DNA from: Bacteroidales bacterium
GTDB taxonomy: Bacteria; Bacteroidota; Bacteroidia; Bacteroidales; UBA3824
Direction: 5' to 3'
Assembly (NCBI GenBank): GCA_017544805.1
Contig: JAFYDK010000094.1
Location: 14,966 to 78,965 of the forward strand
DNA length: 64,000 bases
Within the stretch, counting starts at the first letter, position 1. Each line of letters starts with the position of its first letter. The position numbers and the translations under genes were made by a program. Positions 27,268-37,161 of the stretch are shown here, one piece after another. The notes beneath the pieces were generated by a model. That model did no database searches, was not told where the DNA came from, and saw nothing but the letters and a program-made list of their open reading frames with translations.

Positions 27268-27905
27268 AAATAGAGTTTTTCCGATTCAATCTTTTTGAAG
27301 TTAATACATACGCCGTTTATGATGAAACCAAAGAATGTGTAATCATCGATCCGGGTTGTTACAGTCAAGCCGAACGCGATTTTTTCTTAAAAATTCTTCA
27401 GGAAAAAGGTTTAAAACCGGTTTTAATTGCCAATACCCATTGTCATAGCGACCATATTTTAGGTGTTAATTTTCTGAAAGAGAAATTTTCAATTCCCTTT
27501 GCTGCTAATGAGAAAGACAAATTCCTTTTGGAAAATGCCGATAAATATGCCTCAAGATGGGGTTGGAAAATTTCAGAACCGATAAAAATCGACATCGAAT
27601 GTCAGGAAGGTACGGTCTTAAAATTCGGCAATTCAGAGTTGAAATGCATATTAACGCCCGGACACACGCCCGGAGGCATGACAATTTATGCTGAAAAAGA
27701 GAAATTTATGTTTACCGGTGATACGATTTTCAAGGGTACAATCGGCAGGACTGACCTTGAGGGCGCATCATACGAAGACGAAATGAATTCTATCCGCAAC
27801 AAAATTTTACGTTTTGACTGCGCATACGAAATTTTCCCCGGACATGGCGAACCGACTTCCGTAAGCCATGAAACCACAGAAAATCCTTTCGTAGAAATTA
27901 TTTAA
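27264..27905 (+). CDS. MBL-fold metallo-hydrolase (glyoxalase II-like)
   Basis: HCHSDH metal motif, later TPGHTPG and a C-terminal GHG. Confidence 0.8.
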   Translation: MKIEFFRFNLFEVNTYAVYDETKECVIIDPGCYSQAERDFFLKILQEKGLKPVLIANTHCHSDHILGVNFLKEKFSIPFAANEKDKFLLENADKYASRWGWKISEPIKIDIECQEGTVLKFGNSELKCILTPGHTPGGMTIYAEKEKFMFTGDTIFKGTIGRTDLEGASYEDEMNSIRNKILRFDCAYEIFPGHGEPTSVSHETTENPFVEII

Positions 27906-28521
27906 CGGTATTTATAAAAGGCGTATAAACGATAATTTTTTTGGTTTCAAAAAATTCATCGTCAAAAATCTCCGTTATGTTATAAATTTTATATTTAGAC
28001 TTTACGGCGGAAATTTCATCCTCGAAATCTCCGCCTTTTAAATATACGATTTTTGATTTTTCGTTTTTCTCAAGATTGTTTTTCGTCTGTTTCAAAAAGT
28101 TAGGAAATGCAGTAACGGCACGACTTGTAATCGTATCAAACCTTTCGTTCAACATATTGGATTTTATTTGTTTAGCCGTAACATTTTTTAAACCGGCAGC
28201 TTGAGCTATACTGCTTGCAACGGTGATTTTTTTACCGATTGAATCTATCAACGTAAATTTTTTCTCAGGATACATCACCGCTAACGGAATACCCGGAAAA
28301 CCTCCGCCCGTACCTACGTCAAGGATATTTTCGGAGGATTCTATCAAATTGAATTTTGCAATAGAAAGGGAATGAAGTATATGACGGACAAACAAATGCT
28401 CGATGTCAGCCCTTGAAATAACGTTGATTTTTTCGTTCCACTGAGGATAAAGCCTCTCCAAAACAGAAAACTGCTCTATTTGCAGCGGTGTTAAATCCGG
28501 AAAATATTTTTGAATGTCCAT
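27898..28521 (-). CDS. rsmG: 16S rRNA (guanine527-N7)-methyltransferase
   Basis: GidB family: the SAM motif ILDVGTGGGFPGIPLAV, with matching size and layout. Confidence 0.85.
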   Translation of the reverse strand: MDIQKYFPDLTPLQIEQFSVLERLYPQWNEKINVISRADIEHLFVRHILHSLSIAKFNLIESSENILDVGTGGGFPGIPLAVMYPEKKFTLIDSIGKKITVASSIAQAAGLKNVTAKQIKSNMLNERFDTITSRAVTAFPNFLKQTKNNLEKNEKSKIVYLKGGDFEDEISAVKSKYKIYNITEIFDDEFFETKKIIVYTPFINTVK

Positions 28522-28544
28522 CTTCTAATTCGTTTTTTTTTAAA

Positions 28545-29189
28545 TTATTTGAAATTATCCTTTGCAAAATTTCTATCTCTTAATATCGCCAAAAGCAATT
28601 CACGACTGCGGAAAAGTCTCGCCTTAACCGTTCCTATCGGCAAATCCAACTCTTTAGAAATCTCGATATAACTTTTCTCCTGAAAATAACGCATCTCGGT
28701 TATATGCTTGTAATCCTCAGGCAACTGATCTACAACAGAACGCATGATTCTGCTTTTTTGCACAGAAATCATATTCTCTTCAGGATCTTTGCTGCCCTCA
28801 ATCAAAGCCGGAAAAGCATCATAATTAGTTTCGTTTTCTTCTTCCTGAGTCTTGTCGATAGAAATAGTTTTTTGACGGTTGGTTCTGATATAATCAATGG
28901 CATTATTGGAGGCAATCCTAAAAAGCCACGTACTAAAAGCACTCGTAGGCTTATAAAGGCTGATATTTCTAAAGGCCCTTCCAAATGAGTCCATAGTTAA
29001 ATCTTCGGCATCATCATGATTTTTTACCATCTTGGCAATCATAAAATACACTGATTCCCGATATTTTGAGAGTAATTTCGTAAAAGCCTTCTGATCTCCG
29101 CCCTGAGCCATGGTAACAAGCTGAAAATCAGCTTTCGCCTTGTCAGAAAACTTATCTACGACATTATATGTTGTTTCCTTTACTTCCAT
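28545..29189 (-). CDS. sigma-70 family (ECF-like) RNA polymerase sigma factor
   Basis: Region 2 (DDAEDLTMDSFGRAF..FSTWLFRIASNNAIDYIR) and region 4 (YFQEKSYIEISKELDLPIGTVKARLFRSRELL). No adjacent anti-sigma gene. Confidence 0.8.
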   Translation of the reverse strand: MEVKETTYNVVDKFSDKAKADFQLVTMAQGGDQKAFTKLLSKYRESVYFMIAKMVKNHDDAEDLTMDSFGRAFRNISLYKPTSAFSTWLFRIASNNAIDYIRTNRQKTISIDKTQEEENETNYDAFPALIEGSKDPEENMISVQKSRIMRSVVDQLPEDYKHITEMRYFQEKSYIEISKELDLPIGTVKARLFRSRELLLAILRDRNFAKDNFK

Positions 29190-30361
29190 TTTAATCGTTC
29201 TTTACGTTTTTTACCCAAAACATATTGCACAAAATTAATATAAGGCAAAATAAAATCCAACAAAAGCGCAATGGCTTTTATATTTTTGATTTTAAATTTT
29301 CTCGACATTCCCGCAATCACGGAGATAAAAACGCCGTATCTTATAAGGAAAAGTCCCGCAGTTGCAATATACAACGGCGGAAAAAACGACAAAACAACAC
29401 ACAGCACATAAAACGCCGACCTTGAAAACGGTTCAAGCCCTAAAACGAATTTATGCCATGACTTATATCTTTCCGATGCCGTATAATGTCTTTGTTTTTG
29501 ACTGCACCAATCCGAAAAAGAGTTTTTCGGAATACATGATGTAAACGAATCAGGATTATAAGAGAGTCCGACACGTTTCTTTTTAGCATTGTCATTAACA
29601 AAAATATCATCATCGCCTGACATAAGACGACTGTGAGAGGCAAACCCCCGTGTTTTTTCAAAAAGTGATTTTCTATAAGCCAAATTTCTGCCTACACCCA
29701 TATACGGCATTCCCGCCTCCGCCAACGTGTAATATTGCATTGCAATAAAACCAGCATCGTAACGGATTATTTTATTAACAAAACCTTTTTGCTGTTCGTA
29801 ACCGCCATAACCCAAAACGAAATCGTTTTTGTCCGTAAAATATTGACTCATAGTACGAATCCAATATTTGCTTACAGGCATACAATCAGCATCGGTCAAA
29901 AGCAGCCATTCGTGTTTAGCAGCTTTTATACCGATAGTCAAGGCTAATTTTTTCCCTTGACGGAAGTTTCTATCATGAGAAATCTCCGTAACATAAAGAT
30001 TTTTGTATTGTTGTTTGTACTCGTCCAAAACGAGTTCCGTATCGTCAGTACTTTGGTCATTTACTACAATAACCTCAAAATCGGGATAATCCTGCTCCAA
30101 AACGAATTTCAGTCTTTCTTTAAGGTTATCTGACTCGTTTTTAGCACATATTATCACCGAAACGGGCATCGCTGCTACATATTCTCCCGGTTTCTTTTTG
30201 CCGCAAATCCTAAGAAATACAAACAAATAATAACTCATTTGTATTAGCCAAAATAGGACTAACGCACATAAAAACCAAAATTCAGGGCATCTAAAGTCCG
30301 TTACTATTTCTAAAAACCTATTAAAAATTTCCATCATATAATTCTGCAAATTTAAAATCAT
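29180..30361 (-). CDS. family 2 glycosyltransferase, membrane-bound
   Basis: VSVIICAKNESDNLKERLKFVLEQDYPDFEVIVVNDQSTDDT and the later TDADCMP (DxD), with TM segments at both ends. It overlaps the sigma factor gene by 10 nt. Confidence 0.75.
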   Translation of the reverse strand: MILNLQNYMMEIFNRFLEIVTDFRCPEFWFLCALVLFWLIQMSYYLFVFLRICGKKKPGEYVAAMPVSVIICAKNESDNLKERLKFVLEQDYPDFEVIVVNDQSTDDTELVLDEYKQQYKNLYVTEISHDRNFRQGKKLALTIGIKAAKHEWLLLTDADCMPVSKYWIRTMSQYFTDKNDFVLGYGGYEQQKGFVNKIIRYDAGFIAMQYYTLAEAGMPYMGVGRNLAYRKSLFEKTRGFASHSRLMSGDDDIFVNDNAKKKRVGLSYNPDSFTSCIPKNSFSDWCSQKQRHYTASERYKSWHKFVLGLEPFSRSAFYVLCVVLSFFPPLYIATAGLFLIRYGVFISVIAGMSRKFKIKNIKAIALLLDFILPYINFVQYVLGKKRKERLKWK

Positions 30362-30402
30362 TTTTTGTTATTAAAAAATTTTAACATAAAAAAATCATCT
30401 TT

Positions 30403-30434
30403 TTTGGATATTACTTGCAAAAAAACTAACTTTG
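30403..30434 (+). promoter_or_regulatory. Bacteroidota-type promoter TTTG-N20-TAACTTTG for tgt
   Basis: TTTG at 30403-30406, a 20-nt spacer, then TAACTTTG at 30427-30434, 24 nt upstream of ATG 30459. The ORF-track TTG start (30432) lies inside the -7 box. Confidence 0.55.
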
Positions 30435-30458
30435 TACCCTAATAAAAAAGATTTTGAC

Positions 30459-31589
30459 ATGAATTTTGAAATTACACATTCAGATACACGGACTTCAGCT
30501 CGTGCAGGCGTTATAACAACGGCGCACGGCGAAATTCAAACCCCGATTTTCATGCCCGTAGGCACGGTAGGAAGCGTTAAAGGCGTTCATCAAAGGGAAC
30601 TTTCCGATGACATTGACGCTAAAATCATTTTAGGAAACACATATCACCTTTATTTGCGCCCCGGTATGGAAATAATTAGAAACGCAGGCGGTTTGCACAA
30701 ATTTATCAATTGGAATCGCTCGATTTTGACAGACAGCGGCGGATTTCAAGTTTTTTCACTTGCCGAAAACCGTAAAATTACAAAAGAAGGTGTTACTTTC
30801 CGCTCTCATATTGACGGTTCAAAACATATTTTTACGCCTGAAAACGTCGTTGATACCGAAAGAATTATCGGCAGCGATTTTATGATGGCTTTGGACGAGT
30901 GTACGCCATATCCTTGCACATACGATTATGCAAAAAAATCCTTAAACATAACTCACTCTTGGCTTGAACGCGGTGTTAAACATTATAAAGAAACAGAACC
31001 GCTTTACGGCTATTCGCAAGCGTATCTACCTATCGTTCAAGGCTCTGTGTACAAAGATTTGAGAGAAAAGTCAGCGGAATTTATCGCCTCTCAAGGCATG
31101 GAAGCAAACGCTATCGGCGGACTTTCTGTCGGCGAACCCGTTGAAAAAATGTACGAAATGATTGAAGTTGTCAATAACATTTTACCAAAAGACAAACCGC
31201 GTTATTTAATGGGTGTAGGCACTCCTGCAAACATTATTGAAGGCGTTGCAAGAGGTGTTGATATGTTTGACTGCGTAATGCCGACAAGAAACGGTCGCAA
31301 CGGAATGCTTTTCACCAAAAACGGAACTATCAACATCAAAAACGAAAAGTGGAAAAACGATTTCTCCGAACTCGACCCGGATGGCACATCATACGTCGAT
31401 AAATATTATTCAAAAGCATATTTAAGACATTTAACAATAGCCGGTGAAAGATTAGCATCACAAATTGCAAGTATTCACAATCTTGCATTCTATCTTGCAC
31501 TTGTAAAAGAAATACGCCAAAGAATACTTGACGGCTCTTTCGCTGACTGGAAAGACAACGCCGCTAAAAAAATGATGGAACGGTTATGA
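30459..31589 (+). CDS. tgt: queuine tRNA-ribosyltransferase
   Basis: TIM-barrel Tgt motifs (TPIFMPVGT, LTDSGGFQVFSL, MALDEC, GLSVGEP, RYLMGVGTP, DMFDCVMPTRN..NG). Confidence 0.95.
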   Translation: MNFEITHSDTRTSARAGVITTAHGEIQTPIFMPVGTVGSVKGVHQRELSDDIDAKIILGNTYHLYLRPGMEIIRNAGGLHKFINWNRSILTDSGGFQVFSLAENRKITKEGVTFRSHIDGSKHIFTPENVVDTERIIGSDFMMALDECTPYPCTYDYAKKSLNITHSWLERGVKHYKETEPLYGYSQAYLPIVQGSVYKDLREKSAEFIASQGMEANAIGGLSVGEPVEKMYEMIEVVNNILPKDKPRYLMGVGTPANIIEGVARGVDMFDCVMPTRNGRNGMLFTKNGTINIKNEKWKNDFSELDPDGTSYVDKYYSKAYLRHLTIAGERLASQIASIHNLAFYLALVKEIRQRILDGSFADWKDNAAKKMMERL

Positions 31590-31591
31590 GG

Positions 31592-31633
31592 AATTCATAA
31601 TGCACAATTCATAATTCATAATGCATAATGATT
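31592..31633 (+). repeat. 7-bp tandem array AATTCAT-type, starting 2 nt after the tgt stop
   Basis: AATTCAT AATGCAC AATTCAT AATTCAT AATGCAT AATGATT. This is the same unit and the same gene-sense orientation as the array after ilvD. Confidence 0.85.
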
Positions 31634-31655
31634 AAAAAAAATTAAGCATTAAAAA

Positions 31656-32735
31656 ATGTTTACGATATTAGACAGATATTTAATAAAAAAATTTTTAGGA
31701 ACATTTTTTTATTCGTTGTTGCTTCTGATCTCGATAATCATCGTTTTTGACATTCAGGAAAAACTTGATGATTTTATGGAGAAAAAAGCACCTTTTGAGG
31801 CGATAGTTTTCGATTATTACGTAAACTTTGCGCCTTATTATGCTAATATGTTCATGTTCTTGTTCATATTTATTTCGGTGATATTTTTCACCTCGAAACT
31901 TGCCAACAACTCCGAAATCATAGCCATTTTAAGTGCCGGAATAAGTTTTCGACGATTGTTAGTACCATATTTTGAATCGGCTCTTGTTTTGGCGGTGCTC
32001 TCGTATTTGCTTAGTGCATACGTTATTCCACCGGCAACAGCCATACGTCTGAATTTTGAAAACACTTATATTAAAAGGGCTTACGTCAATAATGCAAGAA
32101 ACATTCACAGACAGGTGAACGATTCTACACGGCTTTATTTACAGTCTTATAATGCCGCCTCCAACATTGGCTACCGTTTCAGTTGGGAAAAATTCAACGG
32201 CAAGGAGATGAAAGAAAAGCTCATGAGCGACAATATAATTTGGGATTCCACACTTCAAAAATGGAAAATTCAGAATTATTATATCCGCTACATCACCGAA
32301 AACGGAGATTCCGTTGTAACTGGCAAAACCATGGATACGGTTTTAGCAATTTTACCGACCGATTTCAATCAGCGTTTAAGTCAAATTGAAACCTTAAATT
32401 CGGACGAACTTCACGAATACATCGACGAACAAAGAAGACGCGGAAGCGAAAACATCGAAGTTTTTGAAGTGGAAAGTTACCGCAGGATTTCGTATCCGTT
32501 TGCGTGCTTTATTTTAACGCTAATCGGCGTAACACTTTCCTGCAAAAAAGTCCGAGGCGGAATGGGTATTAATCTTGGAATCGGTTTAGGACTGAGTTTC
32601 AGTTACATACTGTTCATGCAGATTTTCACACAGTTTGCAATAGGAAGTTCATTGCCTCCGCTTTTAGCAGTTTGGATACCGAACATAATTTATACGATAA
32701 TCGGAATAGTGTTGTACTTTAAAGCCCCGAAATAA
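31656..32735 (+). CDS. LptF/LptG-family (YjgP/YjgQ) LPS export permease
   Basis: N-terminus MFTILDRYLIKKFLGTFF.., six hydrophobic segments and a central periplasmic beta-jellyroll-sized insert. Confidence 0.8.
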   Translation: MFTILDRYLIKKFLGTFFYSLLLLISIIIVFDIQEKLDDFMEKKAPFEAIVFDYYVNFAPYYANMFMFLFIFISVIFFTSKLANNSEIIAILSAGISFRRLLVPYFESALVLAVLSYLLSAYVIPPATAIRLNFENTYIKRAYVNNARNIHRQVNDSTRLYLQSYNAASNIGYRFSWEKFNGKEMKEKLMSDNIIWDSTLQKWKIQNYYIRYITENGDSVVTGKTMDTVLAILPTDFNQRLSQIETLNSDELHEYIDEQRRRGSENIEVFEVESYRRISYPFACFILTLIGVTLSCKKVRGGMGINLGIGLGLSFSYILFMQIFTQFAIGSSLPPLLAVWIPNIIYTIIGIVLYFKAPK

Positions 32736-32739
32736 AAAA

Positions 32740-33855
32740 ATGGATCTGAAAAGTCAGGACGCTTTGTACATTGTTGCGCTCAACATGATTCCCGGTGTAG
32801 GCAGTGCCGGTGTTAAAAAAATTGCGGCAAATACCCAATCTGAAAAATATTTTTTCGAGAATTTAGATGAATTTGTCGAAAAAAAAGTCATATCCGAAGA
32901 AATTAAAAAACGTATTATAAACGGAAAAGTTTTGGATATGGCTAAAAATCAGATTGATACATGTTTGTCGCATAAAATTAACGCCACATATTACAAAGAA
33001 AACAATTACCCGAGAAAATTGGCACAATGTTCTGATTCGCCGGCAATGTTTTTTTCGCTTGGAAACATCAACTTTGACTTAAGCCGTACCGTAGGCATTG
33101 TCGGTACAAGAAATGCTGATGCCGATTGCAAAAACAATATCTTTTCGTTAGTCAAGGATTTAAAGGAAAACGACATTAACGCAATAATAATCAGCGGATT
33201 AGCAGCCGGAGCGGATAGTTTTGCGCATCAAGCGGCATTAAAATTTCAAATACCGACTGCAGCCGTTTTAGGACACGGTCTCCACATGATTTATCCATCC
33301 ACAAACCGAAAATTAGCAAGCGACATAATCCACAATCAAGGAATGTTAATGACGGAATACTATTACGGCGAACCCGTCAGCAAATTTAATTTTCCGTCCC
33401 GAAACCGAATCATAGCCGGACTTTGTGATGCGTTAATCGTAGCACAAAGCAAGATAAAAGGCGGTGCACTCATCACGGTAGAAGATGCAATTGATTATAA
33501 AAGAGATGTTTTTGCGTTTCCGGGAAGAGCCTCCGATAGTTTGTATGCAGGTTGCAACAATTTAATCAGCACTGGAAAAGCCTCGTTAATAACCTCAGCA
33601 GAAGATTTACAACGTCTTATGGGTTGGACAAAAACCAAAAGAAAAACACCCGAACAAACCTCTTTAGCACTTGAAGGTTTAACACCGAAAGAGGTAAAAA
33701 TCATAGACATTTTACGCTCAAGAGGTCAGACACATATTGACATTTTATCAGCTTTAACAGAAATTCCCCAACCCGAATTAGCGTCAATACTTTTAACAAT
33801 GGAATTTAAAGATTTGATAAATTCGTATCCGGGTAAAAAATTTGAAGCCAGATAA
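32740..33855 (+). CDS. dprA: DNA-processing protein DprA (Smf)
   Basis: Rossmann core GIVGTRNAD...SGLAAGADSFAHQAAL...AVLGHGLHMIYPSTN..L...I, plus a C-terminal winged-helix-like tail. Confidence 0.85.
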   Translation: MDLKSQDALYIVALNMIPGVGSAGVKKIAANTQSEKYFFENLDEFVEKKVISEEIKKRIINGKVLDMAKNQIDTCLSHKINATYYKENNYPRKLAQCSDSPAMFFSLGNINFDLSRTVGIVGTRNADADCKNNIFSLVKDLKENDINAIIISGLAAGADSFAHQAALKFQIPTAAVLGHGLHMIYPSTNRKLASDIIHNQGMLMTEYYYGEPVSKFNFPSRNRIIAGLCDALIVAQSKIKGGALITVEDAIDYKRDVFAFPGRASDSLYAGCNNLISTGKASLITSAEDLQRLMGWTKTKRKTPEQTSLALEGLTPKEVKIIDILRSRGQTHIDILSALTEIPQPELASILLTMEFKDLINSYPGKKFEAR

Positions 33856-33861
33856 TAATAC

Positions 33862-33898
33862 AAAAAAAAGGAACCGCCTAAAGCAGTTCCTTTTTTTT
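33862..33898. terminator. bidirectional rho-independent terminator between convergent dprA and dnaJ
   Basis: AAAAAAAAGGAAC-cgcctaaagca-GTTCCTTTTTTTT: a GC core extended by A/T pairs, with U-runs on both strands. Confidence 0.6.
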
Positions 33899-33900
33899 CA

Positions 33901-35061
33901 TTAATCCTTTCCGAACAATCTGTCGAAAATCGAACCTGAATTTTTTGATGATGTATCAGTGGTTTTTGCTCCGAAATTTTCAGATTTTTGAAGATCTTCA
34001 ATACACTTAACTTCCGAGCGTGAAAGATTTTTAGAATTAGGAATCCAAACATTTACCAAAACTAACAAATCGCCACGTCCGTATTCACCGTAAGTCGGTA
34101 ATCCTTTGCCCTTCAGCCTTAAAATGCTGCCAGGCTGAGTACCTGCTTCAACTTTGAATTTAACTTTTCCTGAAATTGTCGGAATTTCAGCCGTTGTACC
34201 CAAAATTGCATCAGGAACGCTGATGTTAAGTTTATAAATCAAATTATTATCTTCCCTTGTCAAGAGCGGATCCGGTTCTTCTTCAAAAACGACAATCAAA
34301 TCGCCATTAACACCGCCATTTCTTGCCGCATTACCTTTGCCTGAAACCGTCATTGACATACCGTCTGTTACACCGGCAGGAATATTAATCGTGATAACTT
34401 CCTCGCCTTGAACGATACCCGTACCAGCGCATGAAGTACATTTGTTTTTAATAACAGTTCCCGTTCCGCCGCAGTTAGGACATGGCGAAGTGCTGCGCAT
34501 TTGTCCTAACATCGTGTTTCTAACCTGAGTTATAACACCTGAGCCATGACAAGTAGGACAAGTTTCAGTACCGCCTTTGCCGCCTTGAGCACCCGTACCG
34601 CTACAAGCCTGACAAGAACAATATTTTTTTACTTTCAGTTTTTTCTCGGCACCCTCGGCTATCTCTTTCAAGGTGAGTTTTACTTTGATTCTCAAATTAG
34701 AACCCTTATTAACTCTCTGTCTTGAACCGCCACGCGAACCAGAAAATCCGCCGAAACCGAAACCACCGAAAATATCTCCGAAATTCGAGAAAATATCTTC
34801 AATGTCCATATTAAAACCGCCCGCACCGCCACCTTGCATTCCGGCGTGTCCGAATTGGTCATAACGTGCACGTTTTTGATCGTCGCTCAAGACTTCGTAT
34901 GCCTCGGCAGCTTCCTTAAATTTTTCTTCAGCCTCTTTATCACCCGGATTTCTGTCAGGGTGATATTTCATTGCCAATTTACGGTAAGCTTTTTTAATAT
35001 CGTCCTTCGATGCACCTTTTTCAACACCGAGTACCTCGTAATAATCTCTCTTTTCTGCCAT
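33901..35061 (-). CDS. dnaJ: molecular chaperone DnaJ
   Basis: J domain (DYYEVLGV...[18 protein letters not shown]), a G/F region and four CxxCxGxG zinc motifs. Confidence 0.95.
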   Translation of the reverse strand: MAEKRDYYEVLGVEKGASKDDIKKAYRKLAMKYHPDRNPGDKEAEEKFKEAAEAYEVLSDDQKRARYDQFGHAGMQGGGAGGFNMDIEDIFSNFGDIFGGFGFGGFSGSRGGSRQRVNKGSNLRIKVKLTLKEIAEGAEKKLKVKKYCSCQACSGTGAQGGKGGTETCPTCHGSGVITQVRNTMLGQMRSTSPCPNCGGTGTVIKNKCTSCAGTGIVQGEEVITINIPAGVTDGMSMTVSGKGNAARNGGVNGDLIVVFEEEPDPLLTREDNNLIYKLNISVPDAILGTTAEIPTISGKVKFKVEAGTQPGSILRLKGKGLPTYGEYGRGDLLVLVNVWIPNSKNLSRSEVKCIEDLQKSENFGAKTTDTSSKNSGSIFDRLFGKD

Positions 35062-35067
35062 GATAAA

Positions 35068-35772
35068 TTACTCTCCTATAACAACTTTAGCGTAACGGAT
35101 AACTTTGTCGTTAAGGGTATAGCCTTTTTCGATTACGTCAATGATTTTACCTTTCAAATCCTCGCTCGGAGCAGGAAATTTGGTAACAGCTTCGTGTTTG
35201 TCGGTATCAAGCTCCAGACCCTGAGCCTCAATTTCTTTCAAACCCTTGCCGGTCAAAAACTCTTGAAATTTCTTGTAAATCAAATTAATACCTTCCTTCA
35301 CCGCTTCGGTATCCGTAGCCGTTTCCATAGATTTCATGGCTCTTTCCATATTATCAACAACGGGTAAAATGCCTTTCAAAACATCCTCGCCACCGTTTTT
35401 GGTAAGTTCCATTTTCTCTTTAAGAGTACGTTTGCGGTAATTGTCAAACTCTGCCATCAGACGCAAATATCTGTCGTTGAGTTCATTGTATTTTTCTTCA
35501 AAATTTTCTTCTTTTGGAGCTGAATTTTCTCCCTCGGAAGTGCTTTCTTCTGTCATATTGTCAGATTTTTCTTCCGACACATTGTCAGAAGATTGTGTCT
35601 GACTGTCAGTTTGTGCGTCAGGACTGACATTTTGTGCGTCATTTTCTGACAAATTTTCAGTCTGAGAATCAGTTCCCTGAGCCTCAGAATTAGCGGTTTT
35701 TTGTTCCATCGTAATATTTTGTTTATTAACTTTCTTATTATCAAAGTGTTTTCTTCTGTTTCTTTTTGACAT
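35068..35772 (-). CDS. grpE: nucleotide exchange factor GrpE with a long acidic/Q/S-rich N-terminal extension
   Basis: The C-terminal GrpE core is LRLMAEFDNYRKRT..E.........VLP.VDN.ERA....H.A....P......G.I..V...GY.L...VIR.A.V.V. The alternative start is ATG 35709. Confidence 0.85.
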   Translation of the reverse strand: MSKRNRRKHFDNKKVNKQNITMEQKTANSEAQGTDSQTENLSENDAQNVSPDAQTDSQTQSSDNVSEEKSDNMTEESTSEGENSAPKEENFEEKYNELNDRYLRLMAEFDNYRKRTLKEKMELTKNGGEDVLKGILPVVDNMERAMKSMETATDTEAVKEGINLIYKKFQEFLTGKGLKEIEAQGLELDTDKHEAVTKFPAPSEDLKGKIIDVIEKGYTLNDKVIRYAKVVIGE

Positions 35773-35794
35773 CTTGTTTCTATTTTTTTGATTG

Positions 35795-35802
35795 CAAAGT
35801 TA
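35795..35802 (-). promoter_or_regulatory. candidate -7 box TAACTTTG upstream of grpE-dnaJ
   Basis: Plus-strand CAAAGTTA equals minus-strand TAACTTTG, 23 nt upstream of ATG 35772. Confidence 0.3.
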
Positions 35803-35872
35803 AATAAATCAAATATGTTGCCAATATATTTTTACTGCCAAATTGTCAGTATTTTAATTAAAAATAAATGCT

Positions 35873-35880
35873 TAACTTTG
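35873..35880 (+). promoter_or_regulatory. candidate -7 box TAACTTTG upstream of the C1 peptidase gene
   Basis: TAnnTTTG match 28 nt upstream of ATG 35908. It lies inside the overlapping 35868..36098 ORF, which is therefore unlikely to be real. Confidence 0.3.
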
Positions 35881-35907
35881 TAAAATTAAAATTAAGGAAA
35901 AAGAATC

Positions 35908-37089
35908 ATGAAAAAAATAATTTCAACATTACTTCTAAGCTCTTGTTTGATAACAAGTTACGCTCAAAACAAATTCATTTTTACCGACAAAAATGTTTTA
36001 GAATGTCCAAATGTTCAGGACCAAGGCTATTCAGGAACGTGTTGGTGTTTTTCGTCAATGTCGTTTATAGAATCCGAAATGATGAAAAACGGTGTTAAAA
36101 ATCCGCCGAATTTGTCGGAAATGTTCGTTGTCAGATACAATTATCTTGACCGTGCCAAAAAATATGTCATGCTTCATGGCAATATGACATTTAGCGAAGG
36201 CAGTTATTTTTTGGACAATTTGGCGATAATGAAAAATTACGGTTTGATGCCCGAAGAGAATTATCCCAATACTAAATCGGGGACTTCTAACATCAACCAC
36301 TCCGATTTGGAAAAAAAATTGAAAAATTACATTGATTCTATCGCCTCGCCCGATAGAGAATTCGTATCACAAAACTGGATAAACGAATATAATTCCTTTT
36401 TGGACGATTTTTTTGACACTATCCCTCAAACATTTGAATATCAAGGTAAAACATACACTCCTAAAAGTTTCGCCGAGGATTATTGCCAATTGAAATACGA
36501 CGATTATATCCAAGTAACATCGTTTTCTCATCACGATTTTTACAAATACATTGCCTTGGAGCTGCCTGATAATTGGCGTTGGTCGTTGTTTCTGAATGTT
36601 AAAGTCGATGATTTGATAACGATAATTGACAATTCTTTGGAGTTAGGACACACGGTTTTGTGGGCAAGCGACATCTCGGAAAACGGTTTTGATTACAGAC
36701 GCGGATACGCTTTGCTGCCCGGAATTGAGACTGACAAAATGACAAAAAAACAAATTGAAGATTTTCAAGCCCTCCCCGTTGAAAAACAAGCCGAAAAAGC
36801 CAAACGTCTTACAAAACCGGGCTTAGAAATCGGCGTAACACAACAAAGCCGTCAAATAGATTTTGAAAACCGTAACACAACCGATGACCACGGAATGCAA
36901 ATCATCGGCACGGCAACCGATCAAAACGGCAACAAATATTATAAAGTGAAAAACTCTTGGGGCAAAACAAATAATTTTGACGGCTTTTTTTATGTTTCGG
37001 TCAATTTCGTTAAAGCCAAAACAACAGGACTTATGGTTCATAAAGATTCATGCCGTGATTTCTTGAAAAAAGCCGAAACGGAATTCTAA
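35908..37089 (+). CDS. exported C1-family cysteine peptidase (aminopeptidase C / bleomycin-hydrolase-like)
   Basis: Signal peptide MKKIISTLLLSSCLITSYAQ. Catalytic motifs are QDQGYSGTCWCFSS (Cys) and DHGMQIIG...YYKVKNSWG (His, Asn-Ser-Trp). Confidence 0.75.
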   Translation: MKKIISTLLLSSCLITSYAQNKFIFTDKNVLECPNVQDQGYSGTCWCFSSMSFIESEMMKNGVKNPPNLSEMFVVRYNYLDRAKKYVMLHGNMTFSEGSYFLDNLAIMKNYGLMPEENYPNTKSGTSNINHSDLEKKLKNYIDSIASPDREFVSQNWINEYNSFLDDFFDTIPQTFEYQGKTYTPKSFAEDYCQLKYDDYIQVTSFSHHDFYKYIALELPDNWRWSLFLNVKVDDLITIIDNSLELGHTVLWASDISENGFDYRRGYALLPGIETDKMTKKQIEDFQALPVEKQAEKAKRLTKPGLEIGVTQQSRQIDFENRNTTDDHGMQIIGTATDQNGNKYYKVKNSWGKTNNFDGFFYVSVNFVKAKTTGLMVHKDSCRDFLKKAETEF

Positions 37090-37094
37090 AAAAA

Positions 37095-37126
37095 TTTGCA
37101 ACTTCGTAAATTATTTATTACGTTTG
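37095..37126 (+). promoter_or_regulatory. Bacteroidota-type promoter TTTG-N20-TACGTTTG for recA
   Basis: TTTG at 37095-37098, a 20-nt spacer, then TACGTTTG at 37119-37126, 35 nt upstream of ATG 37162. This rules out the ORF-track start at 37096. Confidence 0.55.
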
Positions 37127-37161
37127 CACGAATAATTTTAAACCTCATAAAAAAAAGAAAA

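Noticed and set aside
34834-35367. A 177-aa + strand ORF spanning the dnaJ/grpE junction.
   Set aside because: It is antisense to two unambiguous chaperone genes, has a low-complexity F/L/I-rich translation and has no promoter box. The same reasoning applies to the other antisense ORFs in the track, for example 2715..3107, 23838..24308, 42948..43424, 45318..45743 and 37714..38112.
35868-36098. A 76-aa + ORF overlapping the start of the C1 peptidase gene.
   Set aside because: It is out of frame with the strongly supported peptidase gene. Its start lies upstream of the candidate -7 box (35873-35880), and the translation is featureless.
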